DNA from: Leptogorgia sarmentosa
Lineage: Eukaryota
Direction: 5' to 3'
Length of the DNA stretch: 64,000 nucleotides
Assembly (NCBI GenBank): GCA_964658305.1
Contig: OZ210885.1
Span: 15,438,001 to 15,502,000, forward strand
This document shows, in pieces, positions 48,860 to 60,924 of this stretch. The notes beneath the pieces are model-generated. The model was not told the DNA's origin, did not search any database, and was given only the letters and a program-made list of their open reading frames with translations. The position numbers and the translations under genes were made by a program. Position 1 is the stretch's first letter; each line of letters opens with the position of its first letter.

Positions 48860-51800
48860 TCACGTGTTGACGCGTAGCCACCCAGTGGGTAAGGATCTCT
48901 GTGCAAGTGTACCTGGTGGAAAGAGAGATGTTTTACCCTTCTTCTTCTTCTCTTTGAATTTGGAAACTGCCTCTGATTTAGCCAGTTTTTCTTGGAACAG
49001 AGAATTCAGGGGTTTTGGTGCTTTTTTTTCATATTTTCTCATGTTAGCTTTCATGTCTTTACGACTGAGAGAAAGCAACAGATCTTGCATTGAATGAACA
49101 TATCCTGTAAAAAAGAAAGACCAATTTGGATCTGTATAGCAGAACTGAAAGCAAATCTATCATACCCTATTATTTATAGCCAAAATGGGTGTTCTTCTAA
49201 TAAAAGTCCTATCTATTTAGCTTTCAGCCAAACTCTCTGGCTTAGTTACATATAAAAACTGCAAATGGCATTTTCAGTAGAGGTAATGTGAAATTGTGAG
49301 TTGATAAAACTATTATTTTAATTTCTTACCATATGATGGCTGCACAGATACCCCTTGGACCACCTCTTCACCAAGCTTAAACTTAGGATATGTTACTCTA
49401 TAATACTTCTCTCCACCATTTGTTTTCTTTGTTTCTCTGTTTACATTTTCATTAAAGTGTAGACTGGCAAGAATTTGTCTGTAGGAACAATTAGAATTAT
49501 ACTAATTTAATGGAAATTTTGTGACTTTGAATTACTACACAACATACTGTACATACTGTACAGAAAAGTTAGAGTCCTCCCTTTAAAGTATGCATACTGT
49601 ATGTACCTACAAAAAGTACCAAGCCATGAAAAGGCAATCATCTTGGGGTGCCAGTGGTTCAAGGTAGAGTGGAAACCCTCTAATGCACTGGTTTGAGCAT
49701 CTGGAGACAGCATTTGTATCTGGTTTAATAAGGTTTTCTTTTTCAGCACGCTTTCTAGTCTGTCATGGGCTGCAGTTCCTAAACATTGCATTTACATCAC
49801 TAAACAATATTATTTAATTAGTCATACAGTATATACAGCTGAACCATTTGCAATTGCAACACATCTAATACACAAAATATTAGGTACTGTATTTTACACA
49901 ATTTGTACAATTACTGTACCTCTGGCGATCCACAATCTTTTCTCAATATCCCCATGGCTACAGTTTTTGTATAATGGGTCAGGATGATCTGTGTGTATGT
50001 CAGATACATGACGCAAAAAGGACACCCACTTAGCTACAATAAGTTTACCAAATCCAGCTTTGGTCGAAGTAGCACACCAAAATAAATGGCGACGAATTGC
50101 CTTCATCCAATGCTGAATTACCTCACATCCAGCTTCTTTACTTATCTTCAAAATGTTTTTGGTGACTGACTTGGCCACATGCCATATATCATAGAAATGT
50201 GTTGTATTTTTATGCTGTTCCCTTATCCACTTAGCAATACCCTTGTGTCGATCTGAAATGAAGGTTTTCATTGTCACTCCAGCATTTTCAAGATGTTTGA
50301 AGCATCTCTTACAACCTTCCAATTCAGTTTGAACACTGCCACCAGTTTCATTTGCCTTGAATATATAGGAAAAGTACAGTACATTAGTTCCCTAATTGCA
50401 TGCCTACAATAAACTGTAGCAAGGGATATTTTATCTGCCTGAAAAATATTTCTGAATGAATGCTCCTTGTGGCATTGTAAACACATATTACTTCAAGAAT
50501 GATTTGGTGAGGTCTCTCATTGTCCCCACCCTAGCCAGATGGAATGCAGAAACAGTACTATTTTTCAAAATAAAGCATAAATCAATAAATAAATCCATTA
50601 CTGCCCTACTTTAACCAGATTTTACAGTATTTTATATTTTACACTCACCTGCACAAGTTCAAAATGAACAATTTTCATCAATGATGTTGATTGCATTGTG
50701 TAAACCCCATACTTTGCGGAGTGACCCATCGAGTCAAACCTCCCATCTCCACATAGAATAACATCTCGTGTCGCCTTCAGCTGTTCCATAAGTTTAGCTT
50801 GGTATCCTTGCCAGTGGGTTACAATTGTTGGAATGATAAGCTTCCTTTGGTGACGAAAGAATGACCGTGCTGTATGAGCACAAAGACCCATATGTCTGAA
50901 CACCAGCAGGATCTTGCTGATCGAGGAACCAGCCATGACAATTGCGAAGCTCAAGAATATGTTACCAGCAGGGTATTTCTGTGAAAGTATAGGCTGCGAA
51001 TACCATTCATACCTGAAAACACATTTGCTGCAAGTTTCCTTGACCACAACCATTGTTCCATTTCTTCTCATTGTCACAACTGGTTTTGGTTCTTTGCAGT
51101 TGAAGCAAAACAAGCCAAAAACATTGAGTAGACAACTGAAGAAAACTATGAATTTTGGTTCTTTGAATGGACTTGCATCAACACCACCACTAAAATATAA
51201 TTTAAAAAAATCAATATTTACAAAGGAGTCACCAGGAGAGAGTTTACATTAAGTATTCAGTGGGGTTCAATTTATAAGCCAATCTACAGAAACTTCTCAT
51301 TGCTATATTTTCTGCTAAAAAAATTACCTAATTTAATTTTGCAACTTGTTAAAGAGTTTTTAGTCTAGTATGTGAAGGATTTACCATTGATGTGAACTGA
51401 CCTACATGTAAACCTGAGATTCTTAACTGGTGAAAAGGGACAGCAAAACATTTAAAAATTAAACTGTACAAACAAAGTAAACTCAGTGACTCACTTTACT
51501 TCAGCATAAGTATTAGCATTTGTATGACTATCACTGCCATCATCATCATCATCATCGTCACAATCAGTGTCACCATCCTCTGATTCAGTGTTGTAAGTTT
51601 CTTGCCTTGATTCACAGCTCTCTCCACCTGATTCATCCCCACAACTGGACCAAACATAATAATCGTGATGTTCTTCAGTTTGTTCCTGTTCATCATTTGA
51701 GTCACTCTCACTGCCACTGGATCCCAGTTCACTAACATCTTCATCTTCCTCAAAATTTTGTATTTTCTGTTCAAACAAAATATCAGTATTAAAATTTTTA

Positions 51801-52952
51801 TATTTAATCGCATAGTACTCTTATAATCCCATGACAGGGTGCTATTGGTATGACTTTTGCTGCTTACCTTTCTTAGTTCCCTCACAGTATCCCTTAGCTC
51901 ATTTACTTTGCTCTTCAGACGTTTGTTGCACCTATTCCTGGTGTACAATTCAGATTTGTGGCTACAACAGCTTGTTTGTTTATTGGTGACTGGAGCAACT
52001 GGAGTTGACAATGATGAAGCCTGACCTTTGGAGCAACCAGGTTGATTCTCAGGTTGATTAACAAAGTCTCCAGTCAGACCAGTTCCTGCTGTTGAAATGT
52101 TGGCTGAAGTACTTCCTTTATTGGTGACTGGAGTAACTGGAGTTGACAAGGATGAAGCCTGATCTTGGAAACAACCAGGTTGATTCTCAGGTTGATTAAC
52201 CAAGTCTCCAGTCAGATCAGTTCCTGCTGTTGAAATGTTGGCTGAAGTACTTTCTGGATTGTGTATTGATAGGTAACGGGGGACTGTCATAGTTTGTTCA
52301 GTTGAGACGATATTTGTGCATGGCATTCCATTTTTGTCATCTGCACTGGCACTGCCAGTACCTGTTCCGACTTTCCTACATTTCTTTTTTGGTTTGTCAT
52401 GCATCCCTGCTATGACTTCACGTCTCACCTTAAAAAAAAGAAAATGGCACCGTAAATACGCGAAAAATAACGTGCAATTTAATCATTAGAAGGAAAATAA
52501 ACAATCATTCATGATGAGCTACTTGCAGAGTTCTGCAAGGTTGAGTAGTATATTAGATTTCACAACCAAGGAACACAACTGCACACACATACCTTCCGTT
52601 TTTGCCGTTCAGAAAGAGGTTCTGGAGTGGCAATATCGGTTGTATCTCTCGTTGGGACAGATCCTTTCACGAGTACCCTATTCATTTTTATGCTTGAGGT
52701 CCCTTCTAGTAGCGGTCTAGTAAAGCACGATTCCTCGAAGTGCACTGAGCACAGCGAAGAATGCTTGCTCGGCATAAAATTGTGACGATGTCTCTGCACA
52801 AATTTCACCCATTGCCTCCTTAAAACTGGGTCAGAAGGAAATTGTCACATAGTTATACCTGGAGTATAGGTAGTATTTTTACAGCTTTGCTTTTTCGGTG
52901 CCCCAGCGACACAGAATCGACCGCCTCTCTTTTTTTCCCTGCTTTCGGCCAT
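48860..52952 (-). pseudogene. Kolobok THAP + DDE transposase, spliced
   Basis: THAP (CVAG..C..FPSDP..RRQW..LCSVHFEESCF, with a TGA at ~52845), CFNC..CSKC, GDGRFDSMGHSAKYG, FISDRHKGI, YDIWHVAKS, TSALEGFHS. Right end GTCATATGCACT|TTAA at 53161-53176; the matching left end was not found. Confidence 0.88.
51980..52253 (-). repeat. In-frame 138-bp (46-aa) tandem duplication in the Kolobok transposase linker
   Basis: STSANISTAGT.LTGD.VNQPENQPGC...QASSLSTPV.PVTNK occurs twice. Confidence 0.9.
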
Positions 52953-53176
52953 ATTTCATGCTTCAGCGCGCAAACAAAGTGACGTCACGAGGCACATCAC
53001 ATGGTACATTTGGCCGCGCGATCGTTTGACCATTTTTGCAAGCTCACATGGGCATGTTTATACCGCCATAAAATATTTGTTTTTCGTCCAAATCAAACAA
53101 AAACTTGTAATCACGCTTGTGAGGTACTATACTTCCAAAAGAAACAAAAATCTCGATTGTGTCATATGCACTTTAA

Positions 53177-54680
53177 CTAAATCTACAAAAGCACAAGCAT
53201 TGTCCTAGCCCTAACCTCAACCCATTTGCATGGTTAACGGACGACCATATCGATGCTGCTCAACAACTTATCAAGGAGCTTGAGACGGGTGTCGGTGGCC
53301 TTAACTGTATTGCGACTATGACACACTGCACTAGATTTGCTGTTCCTCATGAGCAAAACCAAACTATTTAGTGCCACAATACTGGAGCGCATTGGGTCAC
53401 AACGAGTTCCATCACAGGGAAGGTGATTGTGTACGAGAGTATGAGCACAACTTTAAAGTGCCTATAACCCCAATTTTTGTTTTAATGTAATTTAAGAGAG
53501 TGTCATTTTAGAAGATTTTTGGCGCAAAAATTTTTCAATTTGGAGGCATTGTATAGTGCTAAGCCATCCCAGAAGCAGCAAATTTGATTTAAAATTGCTG
53601 CCATTTTGGTTCACGGCCGAGCTTTAATGTTAGTAGCCTGGTAGCGAATGTATGACGTAAATTCCGGACAACATGACAAGAACACAATAGGAAATTTTAA
53701 TGCATTATTTGCATAGCGCGCTTCATAGGAAGAATTACGAAGAAAATATGCCTGAAAGGTGCGTAGTATACGGTTGTAGCAACACTAGGAATGTGCGGGA
53801 AGGAATATCTCTTCATGCTATTCCTTTTTCCGGAGATGAAAGGACGGAGGCCAAGAAAAGAAGAAAAAAGTGGGTCGATTTTGTTTGCCGGACACGTGCG
53901 AACTGGAAACCGACAAGTCGAGCAGTCATATGCTCGAAGCACTTTAAACACGAAGATTTCTCGCATTGTTATGCAAATGTTGGAGACGAAGGAAGTCTTT
54001 CAAATCGTTGGTTAAAACGCGATGAAATAGGAATAGTTCCTTTTCCTACAATTTATCCAACGTCAACCGAAGAACAACAGCCAACTGCACGAGATAAACG
54101 AATGGTAAGTAAAAATAAGTAATCGGATACCGATATAAAATATACTGATTTACAGGTATGACTTTTATCCATCGCAACCTCAATTCGTCTTAATGGTTTT
54201 TGAAATTGATTAGATTGTGAGGAGAGCCAAGTCGACAACTGTAGAAAGTGCCAGCCGTGTGAGCTGTGTTGGGGAAACGAGCGGGGAAAGCCGCAAGACA
54301 GCTGACGAACACGAACCCATTTCGGCATCTCTTGATGTTACAGATCCGCAGTCTGATCAACCATGGTGTTGACAGACACTACTCTCCCCAATCTCCTACA
54401 TAGCGCAGCTGTGAACCAAATATAGTATGAACTTCGCCTGAGCTAGCGACCAGGGTATTTAACCAAATTGAAAAATTTTTGCGCCAAAAATCTTCTGAAA
54501 TAACACTCTCTTAAATTACATTAAAACAAAAATTGGGGTCATAGGCACTTTAAATGATTCTCTCAAGCGACAGTTAGTGTGCTTGTATGAGCATCTATGT
54601 AATGATGATGGTTCTCTCAACATCTCCGTAATTCTTCAACAACGTCAGAAAGGAAGCTCAGATTGTGGCCTTTTTTGCCA
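53177..54680 (+). pseudogene. Ulp1/C48-like cysteine protease fragment, split by a Kolobok
   Basis: WLTDDHIDAAQQLIK..TI*CHNTGAHWVT..VYESMSTT|LNDSLKRQL..QQRQKGSSDCGLFC, in frame across the TTAA after removing 53457-54553. Confidence 0.8.
53457..54549. mobile_element. Non-autonomous Kolobok retaining a THAP exon
   Basis: TTAA|AGTGCCTATAACCCCAATTTTTG ... CAAAAATTGGGGTCATAGGCACT|TTAA (~90-bp TIR). THAP exon 53747-54104: MPERCVVYGCSN..KKWVDFV..ICSKHF..PTI. Confidence 0.92.
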
Positions 54681-55533
54681 TATAGAATATATTTGGGAAA
54701 AAAAGTTGATCATTATACTAGTATAACATGTTTTAGGCCTACCAATGTAGGTATCTTCGGATACCATGTTTGACTTTACTGTAAGGTAGATCGCTATGCC
54801 CTAGTTATAAGGAAAAGTTTCAATATTTTTAAATCAGTTCTGACTGTTCAGTAAATTATTTGAACTACAAATGCACAATGTCAATGACATTGAATCATTC
54901 ATACAACCATAATATGAAGATATTTCAACATACGCACAATATACGCACCACCAACTAGTTAAATTAGATAGAAACGACTCAGTGAGTTTAATAAAGGTCG
55001 TGGGCTGTTCACGAAACAGACTTTCAATTGGGGCTTCGCTACTTCAACACTAGCACAGTCAGCAACAAATGCAGTACTTGAACTTGGAGCCATTCGTAAA
55101 GAATATTTGTAGCAAAATCACTTAAAAATCTCTTTCCAAGTAAAACGTGTTGTTGTAGCTTGAGCAGTTGCGAAATTCATGAGCCAGCGTGGATGACGCA
55201 CATCATTTGCACATGTGTAGAACTGGAATGATCATGTATTTAAATGAAATGTTGGAGAACTTTTGACCAGTTGTTTGTCACATAACAGACTTTGTATTTT
55301 TGCAAAAAAAAATTGGACCCTCAAAGTGGGAGCGAGATGAAACAATAGCAGCCACAGCCTGTGGCCTAAATTACGTTTTTTTCTGATATGCTGTAACTGA
55401 TGGACTGTAACATGTGTAAACGTGTGTATGATAAATCCATGTGAAATTAACCATTAAAAATTTGAGTGTTCCGAGGCAATTTTGGTAATCGTAAACCAAA
55501 TGTTTGGTCAAGAACATGTTATGGCTCATGTTA

Positions 55534-55818
55534 GGTCGGCACTAGATCATGGTGACCTTACGCACACATATGCGTCTGCTGTACATTCACTTCAGCAGTG
55601 ATAGAAATTTCTTTTGGCGTATTCACAAAATAAACCAGTCCCAAACCATAACCTGACCTAACCTTTGGTTATGGTTTGGGACTGGTGGTTAGGGTCAGAT
55701 TTATGGTTTGAGACTGGTTTATTTTGTGAATATGCCAATAGAAATTTCTATCACTGCTGACGTGAATGTACAGCAGTTGCGGATATGTGCGTAACGTCAC
55801 CATGATCTAGTGTCGACC
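55534..55818. mobile_element. Foldback MITE, Mutator-type (9-bp TSD)
   Basis: ~125-bp arms GGTCGGCACTAGATCATGGTGAC.. / ..GTCACCATGATCTAGTGTCGACC; flanks CTCATGTTA / CTGATGTTA (8/9 match). Confidence 0.85.
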
Positions 55819-57428
55819 CTGATGTTACACAGGATGATTTTCAATGACAATTCGTAATTGAAACGGAGATTTAATTGGATTTGATTGGTTAAGCAGCATT
55901 GGCTAAAACAACTCCATAGCTATGCTTTTTATCGAATTGTTTATTTTTACTAGGGTGTCCGAAAAAACCCCAAAATCATTGAAATAGCATACTGTTTGAA
56001 TTTGAATGCCCTAGCATTAAGCTAAACCCCACCAGTGCATGAAGGATTGACATAACATGCCATAATTAATGGTAATATTCAGCGCAAATGCTGAATTGTT
56101 TGAATTTGAATGCCCTAGTTTGAACACAGCAAACCACACAAGTGCTTGGGCGGATCCAGGGGTGATCAGGTCAATCACACGACTAAGGTAAATATTGGCC
56201 AAAAAATTAGTTTGAGTTAAATTATCAATCCAGTTATCAAACATCGTGCAGTGTCTTGCATAAAATGTTCAGCAGTCCTGTTTTGAAATATCATGTAGTT
56301 TAGCCTTGGAACATGAACGCACGAGTTTTGCTTGATTTAGGCCGATTCTTGTGATTTGATTGCCTGTGCTCAAATTTTGCGCGATCTGTGGGGAGTCCTG
56401 ATCGATGGAGCGATCAGGGGCAGAAATACCGGCTTTTCAATTTGCTAATTGCAAACAATCCTCAATTTCTATTGGCTGATTTTGATCGATCAAGCCGCTC
56501 ATTGCTAATAGTATTCACGCACCGTACGGAAAAGTCGGGTCCTTTGTGATCGCTACTTGGCCGCGCAAGCTGCAAAGGTTAACATATTTGAAGTAAAATC
56601 TGAAAATTTCTGTTCAACAATGTCTGCCAGCATTTACGAAACTGTAAAGGCTGCCTTAGAGAAGGACGATCAGCAATATCTTAAAGATATTGAAGCTGAT
56701 CTGAAAAAGCAAGTCAATGACGTGGCGAAGCGCAGACCTCTCAACTTTTAAGGGGAGTTAAGAGTGAGATTTTGGAATTGAAGGGGGGTTAGCCTACGAT
56801 GCGCCACCATAGTTGTTGGCGCAGAGCGGGAAAATTTTGAGAATTAAGGTCTCTAGATCGTCGGAAATGGCATTTTCAGCTTATTCTATACTTCTTTTGT
56901 CTGTGTGTCAGGAGAGATCTATCGTGGGTTGTATTTTTAGTACTGACTGCATGTTTTGTTATTATTACAACAAGATTTGCCAAAGTGGAATAATTTTTTG
57001 GGAGGGGGGAAGAAGATATTCCACTACCCCCTTTTCCTTTTAAATATTTTTTTGGGGGGGGGGGGGGGCGGAGGTCACATTTCCCATGGTTCCGACGCCC
57101 ATAGACCAGGAATGTGGATGATATATTTTGTAGAAGTCCATGGAACTGAACTGACATTTCAAATTTGTGTACTATTTCGTTTTTAATCAAACATGCTTCA
57201 GAACACTTTTTAGAACTAGGCACTTTATTGAATACTGACATACATATCTTTAATTTCCCTTCGCTCATATCATCAGTTTACACATACTGATCACTCACCA
57301 GAAATTACAACTAAAATGTTTCAATAAACTTTGATTATATGTAAACAAGAATGGAATGTTGTATTGAATATAAAATAATGTTAATACGTATTCTAATGTT
57401 ATAAAAAACATTGATCAAGAAAACACTG

Positions 57429-59085
57429 TTACTTCTTATGAAGCAAGTTGTAGTTCCGTGTAGCCTTTTTAGCACTTGTTAACACCTCTTCTGGTGGTTC
57501 AAATTGGCGACAATTGGCAAGCTTAATTGTCATGAGAGACGAAAGTGTCCCATTCACAGCAAGCGATCCATGAAATGGTGTCTTGTTTTTCTTTATCATT
57601 GAGAAAACTCTCTCGTCACCAGCATTTGAATGAGGCAGAATACGAACAGTTTTTGCAACCTTACAGAGCCGTCTAAACTTCAAATTCTGATCTGCTAGCT
57701 TCATGGAAGATATGTGACCCCAAATAACATCCATTCGAAAGAACATGCTGTTTCCTCTTCTCTGTCTTCGTCTTGCTCCGTCATCTTCACCCATGCACAG
57801 TCCCAGACGTCAAACTGGAATTTCTAACTTCGCCATCATCTGGTAGTCCACAAACTCCTCTTGGATTTTCTGAAGCTCTGTAGCAGTCGAAAATGGCAGA
57901 AGCTCGGGATATTTCTTGATGAAATATTCAACATCTTGAAAGAAAGAGACTTCTCTTTGGAAAAAATCGACAAATCGTGCATGCAGCAGTAGCTCATCTT
58001 CTAAAGGAAGCTTTGCAAGTGATTCCGCTGTGGCTACTTCGTAAAACTGGCGCACTGCTTCATAGAAACTGGAAACTTTCACTGGCCAGATTATGCATCA
58101 GATAACATGGGCATCCCATAAAATAACAGGCTGGATTTTTCTGGATTACTCTTGTGTAGATTTAATTTCTTATTCCAACATTTACACTTGTGTTATCTAT
58201 GCCAAAACCAACACAGTTACTCCATGGGAAATTGTGTGAGGTCACAACTTCGTCGATCTTATTGAAGATTGCAGCAGCCGTTGCTGAATCTGTCCCTCTG
58301 GTTGCACACATGTCAAGGAAGCGACTTTCTACCTTGCCACTATTTGCATCAAATATTTGAACTGTCGATGGATTCATCTTCTCCAGGCCAACATCATTGG
58401 ATCCATCTGTGAGCATCGAATATGGGTCACATTTCATTACAGAAACTAAATCTCTCTGGAAATAAGGTGCAATGGAACTGTTGATCATACAGGTTGTCTT
58501 TGTTGCGGCCGAGGCATACTTCTTGGCGATTTTAGAGTCGGGAAAAATATCGGAGAGTAATGGACTCAAATGATTTGCAAATGCTAAAGGTATATTTTGA
58601 TTGGCCAGCAATGTTGCCATTTTCACTTCAGCACGAATAATCTAAAAAAAACACAGGATGAGAATTTCAGGACTTTAATTGCAGTTATGTGACGATATAA
58701 TTTGGTTGAACTGATGAAGAGTTTATGTTGTATAATTTGGTACCTTGTTTTTAATGTCAGATTCTCCCGCAAACATAGAAGTTATTGTCGGTTGCTTGCT
58801 TTGCACTTTCACTAATTTCATGTGGTTGCTGCTCGCGATATGTTTCACATCTGATTCCCCTTGATGCGAACATGACAAGATCTGACAACAAATATTGCAA
58901 CGGTGGGACGATGGATCCTTCTCTACAGCACTTATGAAAGGATATTTTTTAACCGAGTCTTTATTAAATTTCGTCTTGTACGTAGCAGCACCAGCCAACT
59001 TCGTCCGTTTTTTATGCAAAACTTCATTATCAGTCCCGTCACTGGAATCAGAATTCTGCTCTGAATTCAGCCTTTTATCAGCCAT
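57429..59085 (-). pseudogene. Decayed hAT transposase, related to the 30.1-32.3 kb copy
   Basis: CNICCQILSCSHQGESDVKH, intron ~58743-58643, TDGSND, GIDNTSVN, internal deletion at ~58160-58085, LPHSNAGDERVFS. TIRs not identified. Confidence 0.85.
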
Positions 59086-59846
59086 TTAGCGAGAGTACAA
59101 AATAACAGGCTGGAAAAAAAATCTGTGAAACTGCTAATTGTGCAAGAATAGCAATAGCTTCTTTCTCGCACAGAATTTTGGAGCAGAATCATACATTCCA
59201 AAGTATGCTCAAGAAAAGAAAAAGTTCTGCACGCCTTAAGGTAAATATATATAGGTCATTTACCAGCTGGGAGGTCCGTACAGGAAAATACAGACCGACC
59301 TTATCCCGTACAGACCGACCTAAACGGAAAATAACTTTTTTTTTATTTATGGACTCAGATAATTGCAACACCAAATCTTACAAACATTCCAAATATTTTG
59401 TTATTCATAAAAAACAGCTCCAAATATGGAAATCGATCACATGATTCAACTATTTACACCAACGGTCCAACACAGGAACACTGTTGTTTCAAAGCTAAAT
59501 TGCTGCCAATCATTTATTTTAAAGTCAACAACGATCAATCCAAATTCAATTCAATTGAAATGTGAAATGTATCAGACGAAATATTGTCAATTTAATTTGA
59601 GTCCGAGTCATCACTGATGAGAATTCTTCGTTTTTTTTACATAACTTCTGGACTTCTAGTTTGGTTATGAGCGAGATAAAAATTAAACGAAACAAATTGA
59701 AATTATAATCAGATGAAATTTACATAATATCCTATCATAATTTACATAAATACAGCAACTTAATTTATACAGGCATTTGGGCAGGACATTTCAGTTTGTT
59801 TATACTTTGTTTCTGCTTGTTTACTTTAACTATTGACTTTGATATA

Positions 59847-60340
59847 CTGGGTGTCCCAAAAAAAACTTGCGCTGTTTCATTTCATGTAACGTAAAAACTA
59901 TAAAAGCTATTGCACTCAAGTAAGCTTTATTGTATTCAGAAAGGGCTAACTTAAATTTTGATATATAATATTTGAATGTCCGTGCCACATTTACTGAGCT
60001 ATCGATGTTTTATATCGAATAAGCATATTTGACAATGCTAAAAATTAGCATAAAATGGCCTATCAAATATTATTTGGTTAAACTTGATATATAGTTTTAT
60101 TGTGGTCAAAAGAACGAATGAAAAACATAACTGTTGGATAAACATTTATTCATTCATCAGAGAAAGTATGTCCTCTTGCACGTATACAACGTCTTGCACG
60201 GGAAACCATTGCATCATATACATTTGATAAGCCGTGTTTCTCGATTAATTTTCTCAATTAATGTTATTTGAGTGTAATAGCTTTTATAGTTTTTACGTCA
60301 CATGAAATCAAACAGCACAAGTTTTTTTTGGGACACCCGG
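59847..60340. mobile_element. Tc1/mariner-type MITE
   Basis: TA|CTGGGTGTCCCAAAAAAAACTTG.. / ..CAAGTTTTTTTTGGGACACCCGG|TA; ~75-bp TIR. Confidence 0.88.
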
Positions 60341-60924
60341 TATATTACTATTTACTATAATATTTATCTACTGTAAATTACAGGCAATGAAGCACATGGC
60401 TATGTGACAAAGCTTTATGTAATATGGCAACATTTCGTTGTAGTGCTTGTAGCAGTAGCTCTGTACGATAATGCCCAAGCGCGATACCCTGACTATGCCA
60501 GAAGCGATACCAAACTCTGAGAGTCATTTTTGGCCTTAAATACCTTTCTGTATTGTGTGGAGTGATGCATTTTCATCCAATTTTGTAGTGATTGCCCTTT
60601 GTTTCTTAATGTTTAGTATAATGTTATTGTTTGTTTGTGTCCAATAAACAAATTTTCATTCACTCTATTGTTTGTGTTAAATGAACTGTTAAATGAACTG
60701 ATGAATGTTACGGATTATGTAAATTGTGCTAATGAAAGAGGGTGGTAAAGGGGGGGTATGAATCACATTTCACAGAGAAGAAAACAGCCATTTCACGATT
60801 CACATGCCTTAAAAATGCGATCTCACGTTTCACAGAAAATTGGATTGTAACAATAATAATAAAATAATAATAACACGTTCATTTATTTTATCGTTTGTAC
60901 ATCGGCAGCTATAAAGAATAATTT

